The position numbers were made by a program, and so were the translations under genes. The notes beneath the pieces are model-generated. The model was not told the origin of the DNA, did no database searches, and saw only the letters and a list, made by a program, of their open reading frames with translations. Shown piece by piece: positions 52,001 through 58,407 of a stretch of DNA of 64,000 nt; the first letter of the stretch is position 1; each line of letters opens with the position of its first letter. The stretch lies in IMG/VR virus record IMGVR_UViG_3300005611_001698, positions 96,001 through 160,000 of that record. One strand, written 5' to 3'. The stretch is from a virus. Lineage: Duplodnaviria > Caudoviricetes.

Positions 52001-52339
52001 AGTAAAAGATGTATTTGTTTTTCCAGTATATGAAATAATCTCATTATTGATCTTTAAAAGTCCATATTGATCTGGCCAACCAGAAGTATCGCCAACATTA
52101 ATTGTCGTATCACTAAAACTGACGTTAGAAGTTGCAGTTGTAGACCCAATGATTGAGGTGTAAGTTCCTACCTTAACATATTGATCAATGTTTTCCAGAA
52201 TATTTACTGGACCACCTTGATACTCTTGTGACTTATAATATGTTTTAAGAAAATCCCCTGCTCCCTGAAGTTCAGAACCAAGAAAAATAGGAAGTTGATT
52301 TTCAACAACCGACTGGATTTTAACTCTTTTTTCTAACAT
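40070..52339 (-). CDS. g7: Baseplate wedge initiator (gp7-like), 4089 aa
   Basis: FYKSKGT, DSDYYQYFSYSLKS and HTIGFKKF core motifs, many GxGY and HxFxTG(D/E) repeats, position between g6 and g8. Confidence 0.9.
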   Translation of the reverse strand: MLEKRVKIQSVVENQLPIFLGSELQGAGDFLKTYYKSQEYQGGPVNILENIDQYVKVGTYTSIIGSTTATSNVSFSDTTINVGDTSGWPDQYGLLKINNEIISYTGKTNTSFTGCIRGFSGITSYHSNNGPDELIFEDTNASEHFEDDQVLNLSSLFLKEFFKKIKAQFLPGLEEVDLYKGLRPSNFIKQAVDFYKSKGTPDSFEILFRALYNDEVEVLKPQDNLFIPSDASYRRVIRLCAEPLPGQVDISQQYLSGLIARTLYQRDGNGNITSYGSIVDIERIFREDKTFYLIDIDFVENKDTNTFGSVYGDFKIDKQTKIVGNIGSGSTFFDVESTIGFPKTGELLVRYQSGESGIVTYSSKNTTQFLDIDGVTDIIIDQQEVFENTSSYVVLDDDTEYEFKIKGSLGRYKIKATDIDTPYFTPGDVIKNQSLGYAKSNKVMDSLIHNETCRFKIKTSRILNQNQLGQNPNIISLYQIESFEPHGFQIGDSIQVITTRGLETSGVVNNIISDFIFDVSGLSGFDPQLGGDVRRLIRKVSSQNDGVNYLPSNVIKSFYDENDSVYFASHSLPSYQNPINVKSENIVLTDNGNSATSPYIVSGDTINYPDHGLYTGDEVYYQPDKFVELLTGYGEPVAITTVRNLGDLIEGRYFVKRVDPSNFKLSESKADIFNNAFVNVSGIASNQVIYPINSYEYQLDSSYGVRKIPVFIETPENKVKTNPGNVGVFINGVDILSYKSNDYCYYGNLTGVKVLSGGSNYDIINPPNIIISDSVGTGATATASVRGSLDSIEVIDSGYDFISEPIITISGGNGKGAKAKANLRSENTVVFTDVSAGASYISTSTNVIGFSTYHRLRDGDGVVYNSNSQTPIGIGSTVGSQIRDAYLSNNSIYYVNAKSLTEITLHRDQKSALAGVGTINITTFGSGNQYFTSVKKKNILSSISVESGGSGYSNNQIRVSSSGINTSKDQINFIDHGFSTGEIIKYQYEGSQISGLTTDQNYLVTKVDDGSFKLSSAGIGTTASYYNFDNKIFVDLQSVGTGGTHIFNYPQIAVNISGNIGIGTTNNIAFQSTVKPNFRGSIYKINLEKGGIGYGCSDILNFERQSLITFENGSSAQLKPIIQGGRISEVFVLNGGYGYNSSPTLKISGSGKDASLTPVITNGSITSVKVNNGGSGFTTSTTFVEVIPTGIGAKARVSIRRWNVNEFEKKRRKLSVDDGILSRSTNQYSKGSYSSLSAPRALREIIYSRNESGNPNYGVDTFDLIKQNGLEVDSKNHSPIIGWSFDGHPIYGPYGYNNIEGGPIKAMESGYELNPSPDRPPGFSNGFFVEDYSFTDNGDLDEHNGRFTKTPDYPDGVYAYFTTVNPGQVDSDGSFKNYKRPQFPYVIGDTFKSKPDTFNYNRQINQIDYEYSTLIRNTKPSKTSDVYGFNEYINSSLKDERQISVIESTRRGEITDFDIVSAGTSYKSGDIVYLDGQPKYGRQSRISVGRIRGKEIVSIASSTITSENAELFVGGGLAIGYCTSPHNFENKNRVVVSGLSTQSYANLNGTKNIFNPQRIWTLEQYLDTPANTGLTTNIALSGPYDPLYVRENTIIGIGVSAENLEQLKVLNVDPLNSVMRVQRNHNGTVGTAYSAGTIAIEFQSTFSFRVGFNTYIGNPPTFQRYFDPSEVVGLGTTAVVGVGTTISYHKINNIAPPHLQENTNYQPGTAYTSKIIPINTILIPNHSFNTGDELIYSNGGGTSIEVSDGIGTFVLSDQLTVYAIKNSTDLLGISTTKVGLGSTGSFVGLGSTAIQLSFTSVGSGVTHSFKKVNRPITADVNVYEATLTTEEPHGLSFQDNIRLVPLPNNTQTVFVQFNDYNRRIVFDRKKFEPSAITTSTDTINIQNHDLISGDKIVYTTGGSAPTGLTDQRMYYAIEIDSNNIKLAANKVDSLGPNPTPISIGGTGSGEHFISKINPKIEVVRGNTVSFAVTDTSLSVTSSGSTFSAFKLNFYTDPYFRNEFKTTGLSRNFEVSGIGTIGVTDPAVISLRTNSLVPNNLYYKFTPINVDIAPTSKTEILIDTEQDSANNIGVINSSYQVDEYPTGIGTTIFKFNLTEKPESTSYTSSDGEFYYTHKSENATGPIDSINIKNSNVNYENLPGITSIASTTGSNALIRLNGTMGSISRTRTKNNGYNYSFDPTLKVIANTPEILRVEELSSFESIGISSGGNGYNIAPNLVVIDTITNKKIENVILQAEVRNGSVSKVNIKENAKNLSDTNPSIITINNSNGVGINTVGFNTITKEVTLQLNVGFSTVGSFPFSVGNKIFVEGVGIASTGSGYNSVDYNYKFFEITNIDANIGGIGSVTYKLDANVSNPGTYSTVRSSGRVIPFEDFPVFNPVLKKNDFSIGEEVVITNINEQKYGKVSTWDNANKILKINCNKEILTGDDIKGLGSGTIAKVSDKINVDSLYDIEAAPPVIKGWEKDTGKPSTNEQRLIDSDYYQYFSYSLKSKIAYDTWNDIVSSMDHTIGFKKFSDLQIESRDETFKSVGISSSNIELLLDLISEVETYCRYDFDLVSETNKFISGSFFSDEILTSTIALTDYEESVGNRVLSIDNFSDEFNNTPRATRYSIIDTFPLAGTRYRKYFLMTEDTQFLGERRMQIVELLLDDGINGYIQEYAIVNGPSDLNGYFDFQALGSEGQLLFYPQKYDTNNYDIHGLVYNIDRDTHSAVGLSTLVGVTTIGDIVEISARGCQISAGSTAVNIVGFPTASFDASHKFMIQMDTNHTHEVVDLNILHNNNEVYGVEYGNIGDADLNITSSPNIGTFGSNISGGVLYINFTPSSDYVGAAVTFNILKTSFLSGVSTVGVATISLTNGDLRAQYTNVPSSGSPGITTIANFGNNTTVDEDGAYVIIHLHDVTNDRYELVEGIFLSDTDGITYQTLFGSVDDDSDNLNTGIGTIGSNSVGGKYNVVYTPPVSTNVIAKTFVTSAAHVKGGVEQINYIDIQDTRIEGIEGTYTNTQADVRRAFGLFHGGDPIFVKSFDASDSLIVDTNNDLVVLPNHFFTSGERLTYNPTGTGNTSAIGIATTTISGYGSTDKLPDYVYAIKIDDKSIRLAATPEDALASASGNYLDLTTVGIGTSHTFTAQDQNTKCIIALDNNIQDPVIPGNIEHTLIEDMSFGGQFIRLSGVSSFFGGDLLKVEDEFMRVDQVGFGSTNVLLVKRAWMGTGLSTHPSGTLVEKYEGSYNIVDNTINFYTAPNGIQPPEDATDPDEIDWTGIQTSSTFQGRTFLRNGVVGSSTHTYATNYLFDSISPQLTGVGKTFAIKQDEANVSGFSTNHAFILINDIAQIPSQGSRINDFAFTENAGITSIVFSGFGASVSNDVNTGSVPVGGVIVSVGSTQGFGYQPLVAAGGTANISGFGTVTSISIGNSGSGYRSGIATLNGIVQELTYNVGLRTTDLDTVDVVSIGTATISNGNVVGVSITNPGTGYTFSNPPIVVFDNPTPYTRIPLIYHPDSPGTQIGTNAYVDIQVSLGSSVTNFEIINSGYGYKDGEILTIPSGGITGIPTDSTVGAGFSEFRINIDRVDSDKFTGWRFGDLDVLDKLDPFFDGETKVFTLKKEEVSVSIRAARGSLIDIEQTILVFFNNVLQEPGIAYQFSGGSNITFAEAPKVGDTCSILFYKGTGDIDVVSKDIIETIKVGDTVRITSGDDLNSFAFEQESRFVTGINTSDRFNTNLYSGVGLTTDITIQRPMIWCKQQEDLFFDGQSVTKDRILYEANIFPETHIIKPVGLGSTEIWVDNVLPFFDSYNESLEDAKQIIDIFEQGSKIAAAATAVISGFGTVLSISVTNSGLGYTATPLVSIANSVGFGSDTRATASASITGTAVTSITVTNAGAGYTFTNPPVVLISPPIFDKEEMTGVEYSGDFGVITGIATTSVGLASTGIVFDLLIPNDSPLRSSAYVGPSGIQTITNIAAGYPFVVFDSNIGNGVTSLDLGGSVLGIGTTFLDNVYEAVSVSIATTEAVGFGATYVAKVTVSVQDYNSLTGLGYSDFFGRYSWGKLRNFTRAGVAKSFTPELNDGFTGISTGPVVLRKTPLKSVGYLT

Positions 52340-54237
52340 TATCGCGTAATTTTATTATTGGAGAAACTGGAAGAAACAGTGTATCTCGATCCAGATACGT
52401 CAGCGCCAGAGGATATGGTGTCTGAAATGACACTTATGTTACTCTTACTTATATCTAGTTGCAAAAATAAATCCTGTAATCCGATAACATCATTTGAATA
52501 TGGAACTGCCTGAACCTCAATGATTGGGAAATCAGATTCAAATTTTGATGTACCAATGATCTTAATTGGATTTAAAAGTATCTCTCCTCGCTCATAATCA
52601 ACTGTTCCGACATTTCTTCTTAAAACTTGCATTTCAGTTTCAGAAAGAGATCTTATAAGATTAATAACACCGGTTTTCATATTTGCATCTGGGACATCTG
52701 AAAAGAATACCTCTCCAGAATAACCCTCTACATAAAATCCACTAGTTTTAATATTCACACCATCACCAATGTAAAATCTATTACCAAAACAAAGTTCATA
52801 ATCTGCAAAAGAGTTAATGACTGGCCTTAAATCTCTTCTCATCACAATACTTGTAATATTTGATGTGATTGAAGAATCGCAATCATCAATAACTCTTAAA
52901 AGTTTGCTATATTTCAATCTTGCGCCATAACTATTCAGTTCAGTTGTTTTTGAATAAGTTTCAAGACACTCAGTTACCTTAGTCTTGAGTGATGATGCTG
53001 ATGGAAACTGATTTGAGTTATAATATACATTTGAAGTGAGTTCAACATAAAGATATTTCAAATCAATAATTTGAGGAACAATTCCAGCAACTGTATGTCT
53101 TTTTAATTTCGCAATAATATCAGATTTTACAAAGTTTGAAAGATATGCACCATTTTTTGGTTTGATTGCAATAAAAACTCTTCCATATTGTGGTGGATTA
53201 AGTTCTTCACCACCAAAAGCAGATACAGATTCAGATTCTGGAAAAACTTGTTTCGTCAAAACTTCATAATCCTGAGATGTAACTGCTCTATTCTGCGATG
53301 CATACTTTAATGGAGCATATTTTCTTACAGAATCAACACTTTCAATATTACCACCACCCGTAGATGGATTAGTTAACGAAATTGCTGAAACACCAGTTGT
53401 TACAACACGATCATCATTATCCACAAGTCTTCCTGCAAATGAAAAGTTTCTGACACCATTTGCATCTGGACCATTTGTGATAATATAAGTTGCTGTAACG
53501 ACATTTCCGTTTTCTAAACGATTACCAAAAACTCCATCTCCAAAAAGAAGTTCATATTTTTCATCTGCTGCTTCTTGTAACAGATAGATTTTTGAAGTTC
53601 CTGTTACATCAATGATACTTTGAGCTAATTCATACTTAACTGAGGAAAGATCAAACTCACTCTCTTTAACTTGAACAACTAATGTTGAAGTATCAGTATT
53701 TGCATTTGGAATGACAAATCTTTGATCAATATTTGACGTATCTACTGTAAATGTCTTTGATAAAAATGTTCCTTCATAAATCTCAATATCATTAAAGAAT
53801 GCTGCGTCATTTACAACAGGAACAGTGATATTTTCTGGGATGCAGAAAGTATAGTTAGATCCTCCAAAACTGTCTGAGACCGCCACCAGACCCGCTCTAA
53901 GGGTCATTGTCGTTGGGTTAGTAGTCAGAGTACTGGTGTCAACAAAAAAACTTACCGTTGCCTTTGATGCTTTTTTAGATGATGGTAAATATCCAATATT
54001 TCGTGCAAGAGATACCACATTCTCTCTTAATGTGGCACTATCAATAAACACTTCATTTGCCACCATGTTGGCATTGTATGAAGTGATATATGTGTTATAT
54101 GCTAAGATATCAATCAGAACTGATAGGTTTGATCCTTCAAAATCAAAATCCGTGAAATTAGAATTTGAACGTAGATAATCTTTTATCTGCGTCTTAATTT
54201 GATCAAAATCTAAATTGGAGAACTTTGTAAGTGGCAT
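52339..54237 (-). CDS. g6: Baseplate wedge subunit (gp6)
   Basis: LDFDQIK, FTDFDFEGS, FGDGVFG and QNRAVTSQDY motifs. Confidence 0.97.
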   Translation of the reverse strand: MPLTKFSNLDFDQIKTQIKDYLRSNSNFTDFDFEGSNLSVLIDILAYNTYITSYNANMVANEVFIDSATLRENVVSLARNIGYLPSSKKASKATVSFFVDTSTLTTNPTTMTLRAGLVAVSDSFGGSNYTFCIPENITVPVVNDAAFFNDIEIYEGTFLSKTFTVDTSNIDQRFVIPNANTDTSTLVVQVKESEFDLSSVKYELAQSIIDVTGTSKIYLLQEAADEKYELLFGDGVFGNRLENGNVVTATYIITNGPDANGVRNFSFAGRLVDNDDRVVTTGVSAISLTNPSTGGGNIESVDSVRKYAPLKYASQNRAVTSQDYEVLTKQVFPESESVSAFGGEELNPPQYGRVFIAIKPKNGAYLSNFVKSDIIAKLKRHTVAGIVPQIIDLKYLYVELTSNVYYNSNQFPSASSLKTKVTECLETYSKTTELNSYGARLKYSKLLRVIDDCDSSITSNITSIVMRRDLRPVINSFADYELCFGNRFYIGDGVNIKTSGFYVEGYSGEVFFSDVPDANMKTGVINLIRSLSETEMQVLRRNVGTVDYERGEILLNPIKIIGTSKFESDFPIIEVQAVPYSNDVIGLQDLFLQLDISKSNISVISDTISSGADVSGSRYTVSSSFSNNKITR

Positions 54238-54635
54238 TATCTTGTTGATTGAAGAACAAACTCTAATACTTTGGGAGTTCTAGGTTGACCAACAATAAAA
54301 TACGAAATTAAGACGTTATATCCATTATTATCATACTCAGGGGTTACTTCAACTGTATTAATTTCAACTCTTGGTTCAAAATTTTTAATCGTAAGTTCAA
54401 TATCTTTTCTGATAATGGTTGCAGTACCAAAATCAAGCAATTCAAAGAGGCTTCTTGATACCCTAGAACCCAAATTTGGTTGAAATGGCCTCTCTCCTAA
54501 TGATGTTAATACTAAATTTCGTATAGAACGCGAAATTGCAGTCTCATTGGACAGCGTGATCACATCATTTGTGATCGGATGCTTCTGAAAAGACAAAGAA
54601 ATGTCTTTAAATGCCCGTGAGATCGGCTGCGGCAC
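54237..54635 (-). CDS. g25: Baseplate wedge subunit (gp25)
   Basis: FKDISLSF, GERPFQPNLGS and FEPRV motifs. Confidence 0.95.
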   Translation of the reverse strand: MPQPISRAFKDISLSFQKHPITNDVITLSNETAISRSIRNLVLTSLGERPFQPNLGSRVSRSLFELLDFGTATIIRKDIELTIKNFEPRVEINTVEVTPEYDNNGYNVLISYFIVGQPRTPKVLEFVLQSTR

Positions 54636-54659
54636 TAGTTATGACTAAAACTTCTGTGT

Positions 54660-54667
54660 TATTTAGA
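54660..54667 (-). promoter_or_regulatory. Late promoter TCTAAATA (g25-g6-g7)
   Basis: 25 nt upstream of the g25 start. Confidence 0.75.
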
Positions 54668-54727
54668 CAGAATTCTGAAGGAATACCGTATGGACTGTAA
54701 CCATGACTAAAATGTGAAGGTCCACAT

Positions 54728-55405
54728 TCAAAAATCGGTGCTTCTAATGCCAGAATTTCCTCTTTCGTTGCCAGTTTCCCAAAAATATTCGTCGGTATCG
54801 CCCAATCTACCCCATCTGACTCCATTTTCAACCTGATAATACCGTGTAGAGACCTTGAAATCGGGCGTAAGAGGCGTTTCGGGAGTGAGTGATAAGTCAT
54901 AAATTCTCATTCTATTGTTTGGATACAGTGCAAATTGCCCATTTTCAAGTTCAATACAGTTATGTGACTTGTGTTCATCGGGAATTTCACTGACATTACA
55001 GTTTGTTGTATCAATATCAGGGTGAAAGTTATCCAAAGTGAACAAATATTCGCCTTTGATATTACCAAAGTTACGTGTTCGAAGTTCAAAATCCATTGAT
55101 CCAATGAATTGTTTCTTAATACATCGAACTCCATAGTCCATACAGTTCCAAAATTGTAGATTTGGTAAATCTAAATCAGGATCTGGTGTCTCTGGACGCG
55201 AGAGAAACGCGCTAATGGGTAGTTTATCATACATTGCCCCATACTTAGGCAAATAAGTCTCAAAATAAAAAGCACGTCCAGGTATGGACTTTGCCGATAC
55301 CCAGACGCCCTCTACAAATTCCCCATAGCCGTCTTGTAAATCTCTCAAATATTCTTTACGAACCCACACTTTTTGTGGTGGGAGATTGACGACTAATTGA
55401 CTCAT
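54728..55405 (-). CDS. Conserved phage hypothetical protein
   Basis: 225-aa ORF (VRKEYL, DKLPISAF, EHKSHN, YPNNR) with ATGA coupling upstream. Confidence 0.85.
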   Translation of the reverse strand: MSQLVVNLPPQKVWVRKEYLRDLQDGYGEFVEGVWVSAKSIPGRAFYFETYLPKYGAMYDKLPISAFLSRPETPDPDLDLPNLQFWNCMDYGVRCIKKQFIGSMDFELRTRNFGNIKGEYLFTLDNFHPDIDTTNCNVSEIPDEHKSHNCIELENGQFALYPNNRMRIYDLSLTPETPLTPDFKVSTRYYQVENGVRWGRLGDTDEYFWETGNERGNSGIRSTDF

Positions 55406-55551
55406 CCTTTGCCTTGTCCGCGATATTTCTTACGAGCAGAGTTACGAGAGCTCGCAGCATATTTAGTATTTTGTCCATCACCTTGACGAGTCTTTTTTGG
55501 ATGAGACTCAATCATGGCTTTACCAGTGAGTGAAGATTTAAGTTTTGCCAT
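55402..55551 (-). CDS. Small basic protein (49 aa)
   Basis: Not in ORF track. MAKLKSSLTGKAMIESHPKKTRQGDGQNTKYAASSRNSARKKYRGQGKG; ATGA overlap; KKYRGQG tail common in phage microproteins. Confidence 0.75.
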   Translation of the reverse strand: MAKLKSSLTGKAMIESHPKKTRQGDGQNTKYAASSRNSARKKYRGQGKG

Positions 55552-55553
55552 AA

Positions 55554-56330
55554 TCAGATAATACGAGTTTTTTCATGACCAACGCGAATCCGAGGATCCA
55601 CCCAAATATCAAAACCAGCAGCAATTGCATCAAGACAGAATGAAACATCCTCTCCACACATATCTTGAACCTCACCAGATTCAAACTGCTGCATCTTTGG
55701 TGCAAACCATGGATACTTCATCTCAGAATGCTCAAATACTCCATTCTTGATCATCACCCAACCAAATCCAATATAATCAACTGTGAAAGGTTTGCGACGT
55801 TTTGAGATCGATTCCAGAGTTTCATGATTCATCACACCACCGTTCTTACGGAAGTCACCTTCCTCTAACCAGTGAGCACAGGAAGTTGTCTTCCCATCTT
55901 CGGTACAATACCATCCAGATACAATCTCTTTCTCTGTACCATCCTCTGCAATCGCAAGATCACACAGTTGCCAGAACTTGTTCGTGTCAAATACAATGTC
56001 ACTATCAATCCACAACTGATAGTCATACTTCAACTTACCATCCCAGGGAATCTGATCAGGTCCACGAAGTACATTTGCACCAAGACACTTACAACGTGCA
56101 AAGTTAACCATGGATGAGTAATCTTGTGAAATCTGAATACTCATTCCATTCTGAACCATGTCGAAACAAAGTTGAACAAAGTTCTTCAAGAACACATATG
56201 AAACACCACGACCAGGTAAACAGAACACAATGCTCTTTCCACGCATCCGTTGCTTAATTGCTTCAATATCAAACTCCTCTTTCCTTTGTGCAGGAGGAGT
56301 TTTTGCTTTTACAGTAAATCCTTTTGCCAT
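55554..56330 (-). CDS. Putative glycosyltransferase (GT-A fold)
   Basis: WIDSD DxD motif, GFGWVMIK, GEDVSFC and VGHEK. Start revised to MAKGF (56330). Late promoter TCTAAATA at 56366-56373. Confidence 0.75.
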   Translation of the reverse strand: MAKGFTVKAKTPPAQRKEEFDIEAIKQRMRGKSIVFCLPGRGVSYVFLKNFVQLCFDMVQNGMSIQISQDYSSMVNFARCKCLGANVLRGPDQIPWDGKLKYDYQLWIDSDIVFDTNKFWQLCDLAIAEDGTEKEIVSGWYCTEDGKTTSCAHWLEEGDFRKNGGVMNHETLESISKRRKPFTVDYIGFGWVMIKNGVFEHSEMKYPWFAPKMQQFESGEVQDMCGEDVSFCLDAIAAGFDIWVDPRIRVGHEKTRII

Positions 56331-56378
56331 AAGTTTGAATGACCTACAAATCAATTCTAAGTGATTATTTAGAGTTTG

Positions 56379-56570
56379 TCAATATGACCCCTCTATATTG
56401 TTGAGTTCAACTTGTTCATATGAAAGATCCTCAACTTTATATTCAGTCTTCATGAGACCTACCATACCCTTTAACGTTTTCCATTTATTTGTAAAATCTT
56501 CCTGTTGAAGATTATGAAATAAACATTTATCCTTTGCGTAGATGTGAAATCTATACTCTTGAATAGTCAT
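56379..56570 (-). CDS. Small hypothetical protein
   Basis: 63-aa ORF (FHIYAKDKCL...MVGLMKT) overlapping the cupin gene. Confidence 0.7.
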   Translation of the reverse strand: MTIQEYRFHIYAKDKCLFHNLQQEDFTNKWKTLKGMVGLMKTEYKVEDLSYEQVELNNIEGSY

Positions 56571-56904
56571 CTTTTAATCGTACAATGTCATCTTCCTCGC
56601 AACGAGATCCTAATTGAACCTCTATAATAGTTATACCATTTTCACCTCCCTTTAACCTATGATGTTCCTTTACAGCAATCTTGAAATGACTATGAGGTGA
56701 TGCATGATAACAGTTATCCCCAATAGTAACATAACCATCACCCTCGACCACAGTCCAATACTCTGATCGATGATAATGGTATTGTAAACTTAATTGTTGG
56801 TCAGGATTTACAACAATCCTCTTGACCTTATACGTAGACTCCTCTAAAAGATTCTCATAATAACCCCATGGGCGCTCAAATTTCTCCGAAGATTTTTTTT
56901 CCAT
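56551..56904 (-). CDS. Mannose-6-phosphate isomerase type II cupin domain protein
   Basis: ERPWG, KVKRIVVNP, LSLQYHYHRSEYW, IEVQLG and EDDIVRLKDDY match the C-terminal cupin of ManC/AlgA. Confidence 0.9.
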   Translation of the reverse strand: MEKKSSEKFERPWGYYENLLEESTYKVKRIVVNPDQQLSLQYHYHRSEYWTVVEGDGYVTIGDNCYHASPHSHFKIAVKEHHRLKGGENGITIIEVQLGSRCEEDDIVRLKDDYSRV

Positions 56905-57090
56905 AAGTCCAACCTATGAGGCATTTTTATATACCTCAGAATTTTTTTGAGACTTCGATATTTATCTCGCTTTTTGGGTTCGTTGTAGGTTAGGGTAGTT
57001 TGCTTTTTTATATACGCCCCATCGCCGCCGCGAACGCATCAACGCCCGCCGCAATAACTGCCAATAAGTCACAGCAACTGTCCTGCACCT

Positions 57091-57120
57091 ATTCTATCAT
57101 AACCACTGTCAAACTGTCAA
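57091..57120 (-). promoter_or_regulatory. sigma70-type promoter driving a non-coding G-rich transcript
   Basis: TTGACA-18 nt-TAGAAT with extended TG. Confidence 0.7.
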
Positions 57121-57124
57121 GTGT

Positions 57125-57313
57125 TTAGTGATACGCTGCTTCCCAGAGGTTCTCTACACTTTCTGACATATCTTCCACAGTGACTGTCAAGTTCTCCCCA
57201 CCTTGAATATCAAAGACCTTGTGAAAATCAATCTGATGAACATCAAAATCCTCAAAGACTTCAAAGTCTAATGTAACACGAATCTGCTGTTTTTGTGCGT
57301 GACTGGTGTGCAT
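57125..57313 (-). CDS. Small acidic hypothetical protein
   Basis: 62-aa ORF with its own promoter (57339-57368). Confidence 0.7.
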   Translation of the reverse strand: MHTSHAQKQQIRVTLDFEVFEDFDVHQIDFHKVFDIQGGENLTVTVEDMSESVENLWEAAYH

Positions 57314-57338
57314 CAGTTCAGGAGTGATTGACCTTAGT

Positions 57339-57368
57339 ATTATATAACAACCCTCTAAGGATTGTCAA
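57339..57368 (-). promoter_or_regulatory. sigma70-type promoter
   Basis: TTGACA-18 nt-TATAAT. Confidence 0.75.
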
Positions 57369-57407
57369 GGTTTTGTGTGGGTCTGATGATGAGAATCGGG
57401 GTGGGGG

Positions 57408-57436
57408 TTGACAGAATCGTCGTGTTATGTTATGCT
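57408..57436 (+). promoter_or_regulatory. sigma70-type promoter firing into the DnaA-box repeat array
   Basis: TTGACA-17 nt-TATGCT with extended TG; no plus-strand gene downstream. Confidence 0.65.
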
Positions 57437-57474
57437 CGCTTAGATCACAAGACCTGGACACATTTCCAGAAGAA

Positions 57475-57560
57475 TAACAACAGTTTTCCACAAGTATTAG
57501 AGGGACATTAACAACAGTTTTCCACAAGTATTAGAGGGACATTAACAACAGTTTTCCACA
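57475..57560 (+). repeat. 34-bp tandem repeat (2.5 copies), each with a TTTTCCACA box
   Basis: Unit TAACAACAGTTTTCCACAAGTATTAGAGGGACAT at 57475 and 57509, partial copy at 57543. Confidence 0.95.
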
Positions 57561-57690
57561 GGATTAAACACTGCAAAGTAACTGCTTAGATACCACAAAT
57601 ACACTGCAAAGTAACTCTTTCTGTGGAATTGTGGAAAACTCTTTAACAAACTCAAATACATTTTTTAATACGTTTTTAATACATTTTTAA
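57484..57690. other. Candidate replication origin or DnaA-binding locus
   Basis: TTTTCCACA at 57484, 57518 and 57552, inverted copy at 57630-57638; ACACTGCAAAGTAACT at 57568 and 57601; AATAC(A/G)TTTTT three times at 57655-57690. Confidence 0.55.
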
Positions 57691-57691
57691 C

Positions 57692-57901
57692 TCAAAACAT
57701 GCTATTTATTGATGTTTTTGGGGTGTAATCTACGTCATTCCAATGTCTCACAGCATTAGCAACAATTGCTACATTAGTGATAAGATAGGTAGCAAAGATA
57801 ACCGTTCTGATGATTGCTACTGTATCTGCTTCCTTATCATCTTTCCCTTGTTTTTCACCCAGAGCTTTACACCATAATCTCCATACAGTTTTAATCATCA
57901 T
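57692..57901 (-). CDS. Small membrane protein
   Basis: WRLWCKALGEK, a hydrophobic segment and VRHW. Confidence 0.75.
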   Translation of the reverse strand: MMIKTVWRLWCKALGEKQGKDDKEADTVAIIRTVIFATYLITNVAIVANAVRHWNDVDYTPKTSINSMF

Positions 57902-58124
57902 GTTTCGATTCTCTTGATTTAATGTAAGTTAATTCATGCCAACAATGACGTGGGCAAACAACAAGAACATGATCTTTTTGATGTCTGATTTGATTCACAT
58001 AAACAGGACGTTTTTTGGGGTAAGTGTTAATCTCGATTGAGAGTGTATCTTGGTCAATGTAATAAACCCAACCTTGTATGTGTTTCCATGAGACAAAATC
58101 ATTGAGTTTAGGATGATACGTCAT
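57891..58124 (-). CDS. Early hypothetical protein
   Basis: 77-aa ORF overlapping both neighbours. Confidence 0.7.
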   Translation of the reverse strand: MTYHPKLNDFVSWKHIQGWVYYIDQDTLSIEINTYPKKRPVYVNQIRHQKDHVLVVCPRHCWHELTYIKSRESKHDD

Positions 58125-58407
58125 AGAGCAAACTTTCTAGGGGATTGAGTTTAATCTGCATAGAAGTGTAACATCTAGTATCAGAAATGTCAACCTTTTT
58201 TCCTACTGTTTTATGATTGATTGGGGCATGATATGTTTGAGATTTTGTATTAAAAAACCCCCAGATTGATTTGGGAGTTTTTGTTGTGTAGGAAAAGTTT
58301 TGATGATTTACGATCCAAATAGCAATGAGATTACGTTTGAATTGTGTAACCTCATAAGAATAACCTTTGGGAGGTTTGTGTGTAAAACTTGTGGGTAGTT
58401 CAATCAT
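58108..58407 (-). CDS. Early hypothetical protein
   Basis: 99-aa ORF (PPKGYSYE, SIWGF) with TGATG coupling. Confidence 0.75.
   Translation of the reverse strand: MIELPTSFTHKPPKGYSYEVTQFKRNLIAIWIVNHQNFSYTTKTPKSIWGFFNTKSQTYHAPINHKTVGKKVDISDTRCYTSMQIKLNPLESLLYDVSS

Noticed and set aside
54607-54900. 97-aa ORF overlapping the 225-aa gene and g25
   Set aside because: It overlaps two real genes and a late promoter and has no clear start. Its distal part could be a remnant micro-ORF, but this is unsupported.
57318-57527. 69-aa minus-strand ORF in the track
   Set aside because: It has a GTG start inside the tandem repeat and runs across two promoters, so it is most likely spurious.
57475-57616. 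CRISPR-like or mini-array interpretation of the 34-bp repeats
   Set aside because: The units are identical end to end with no unique spacers, and no cas genes are present; this is a tandem repeat.
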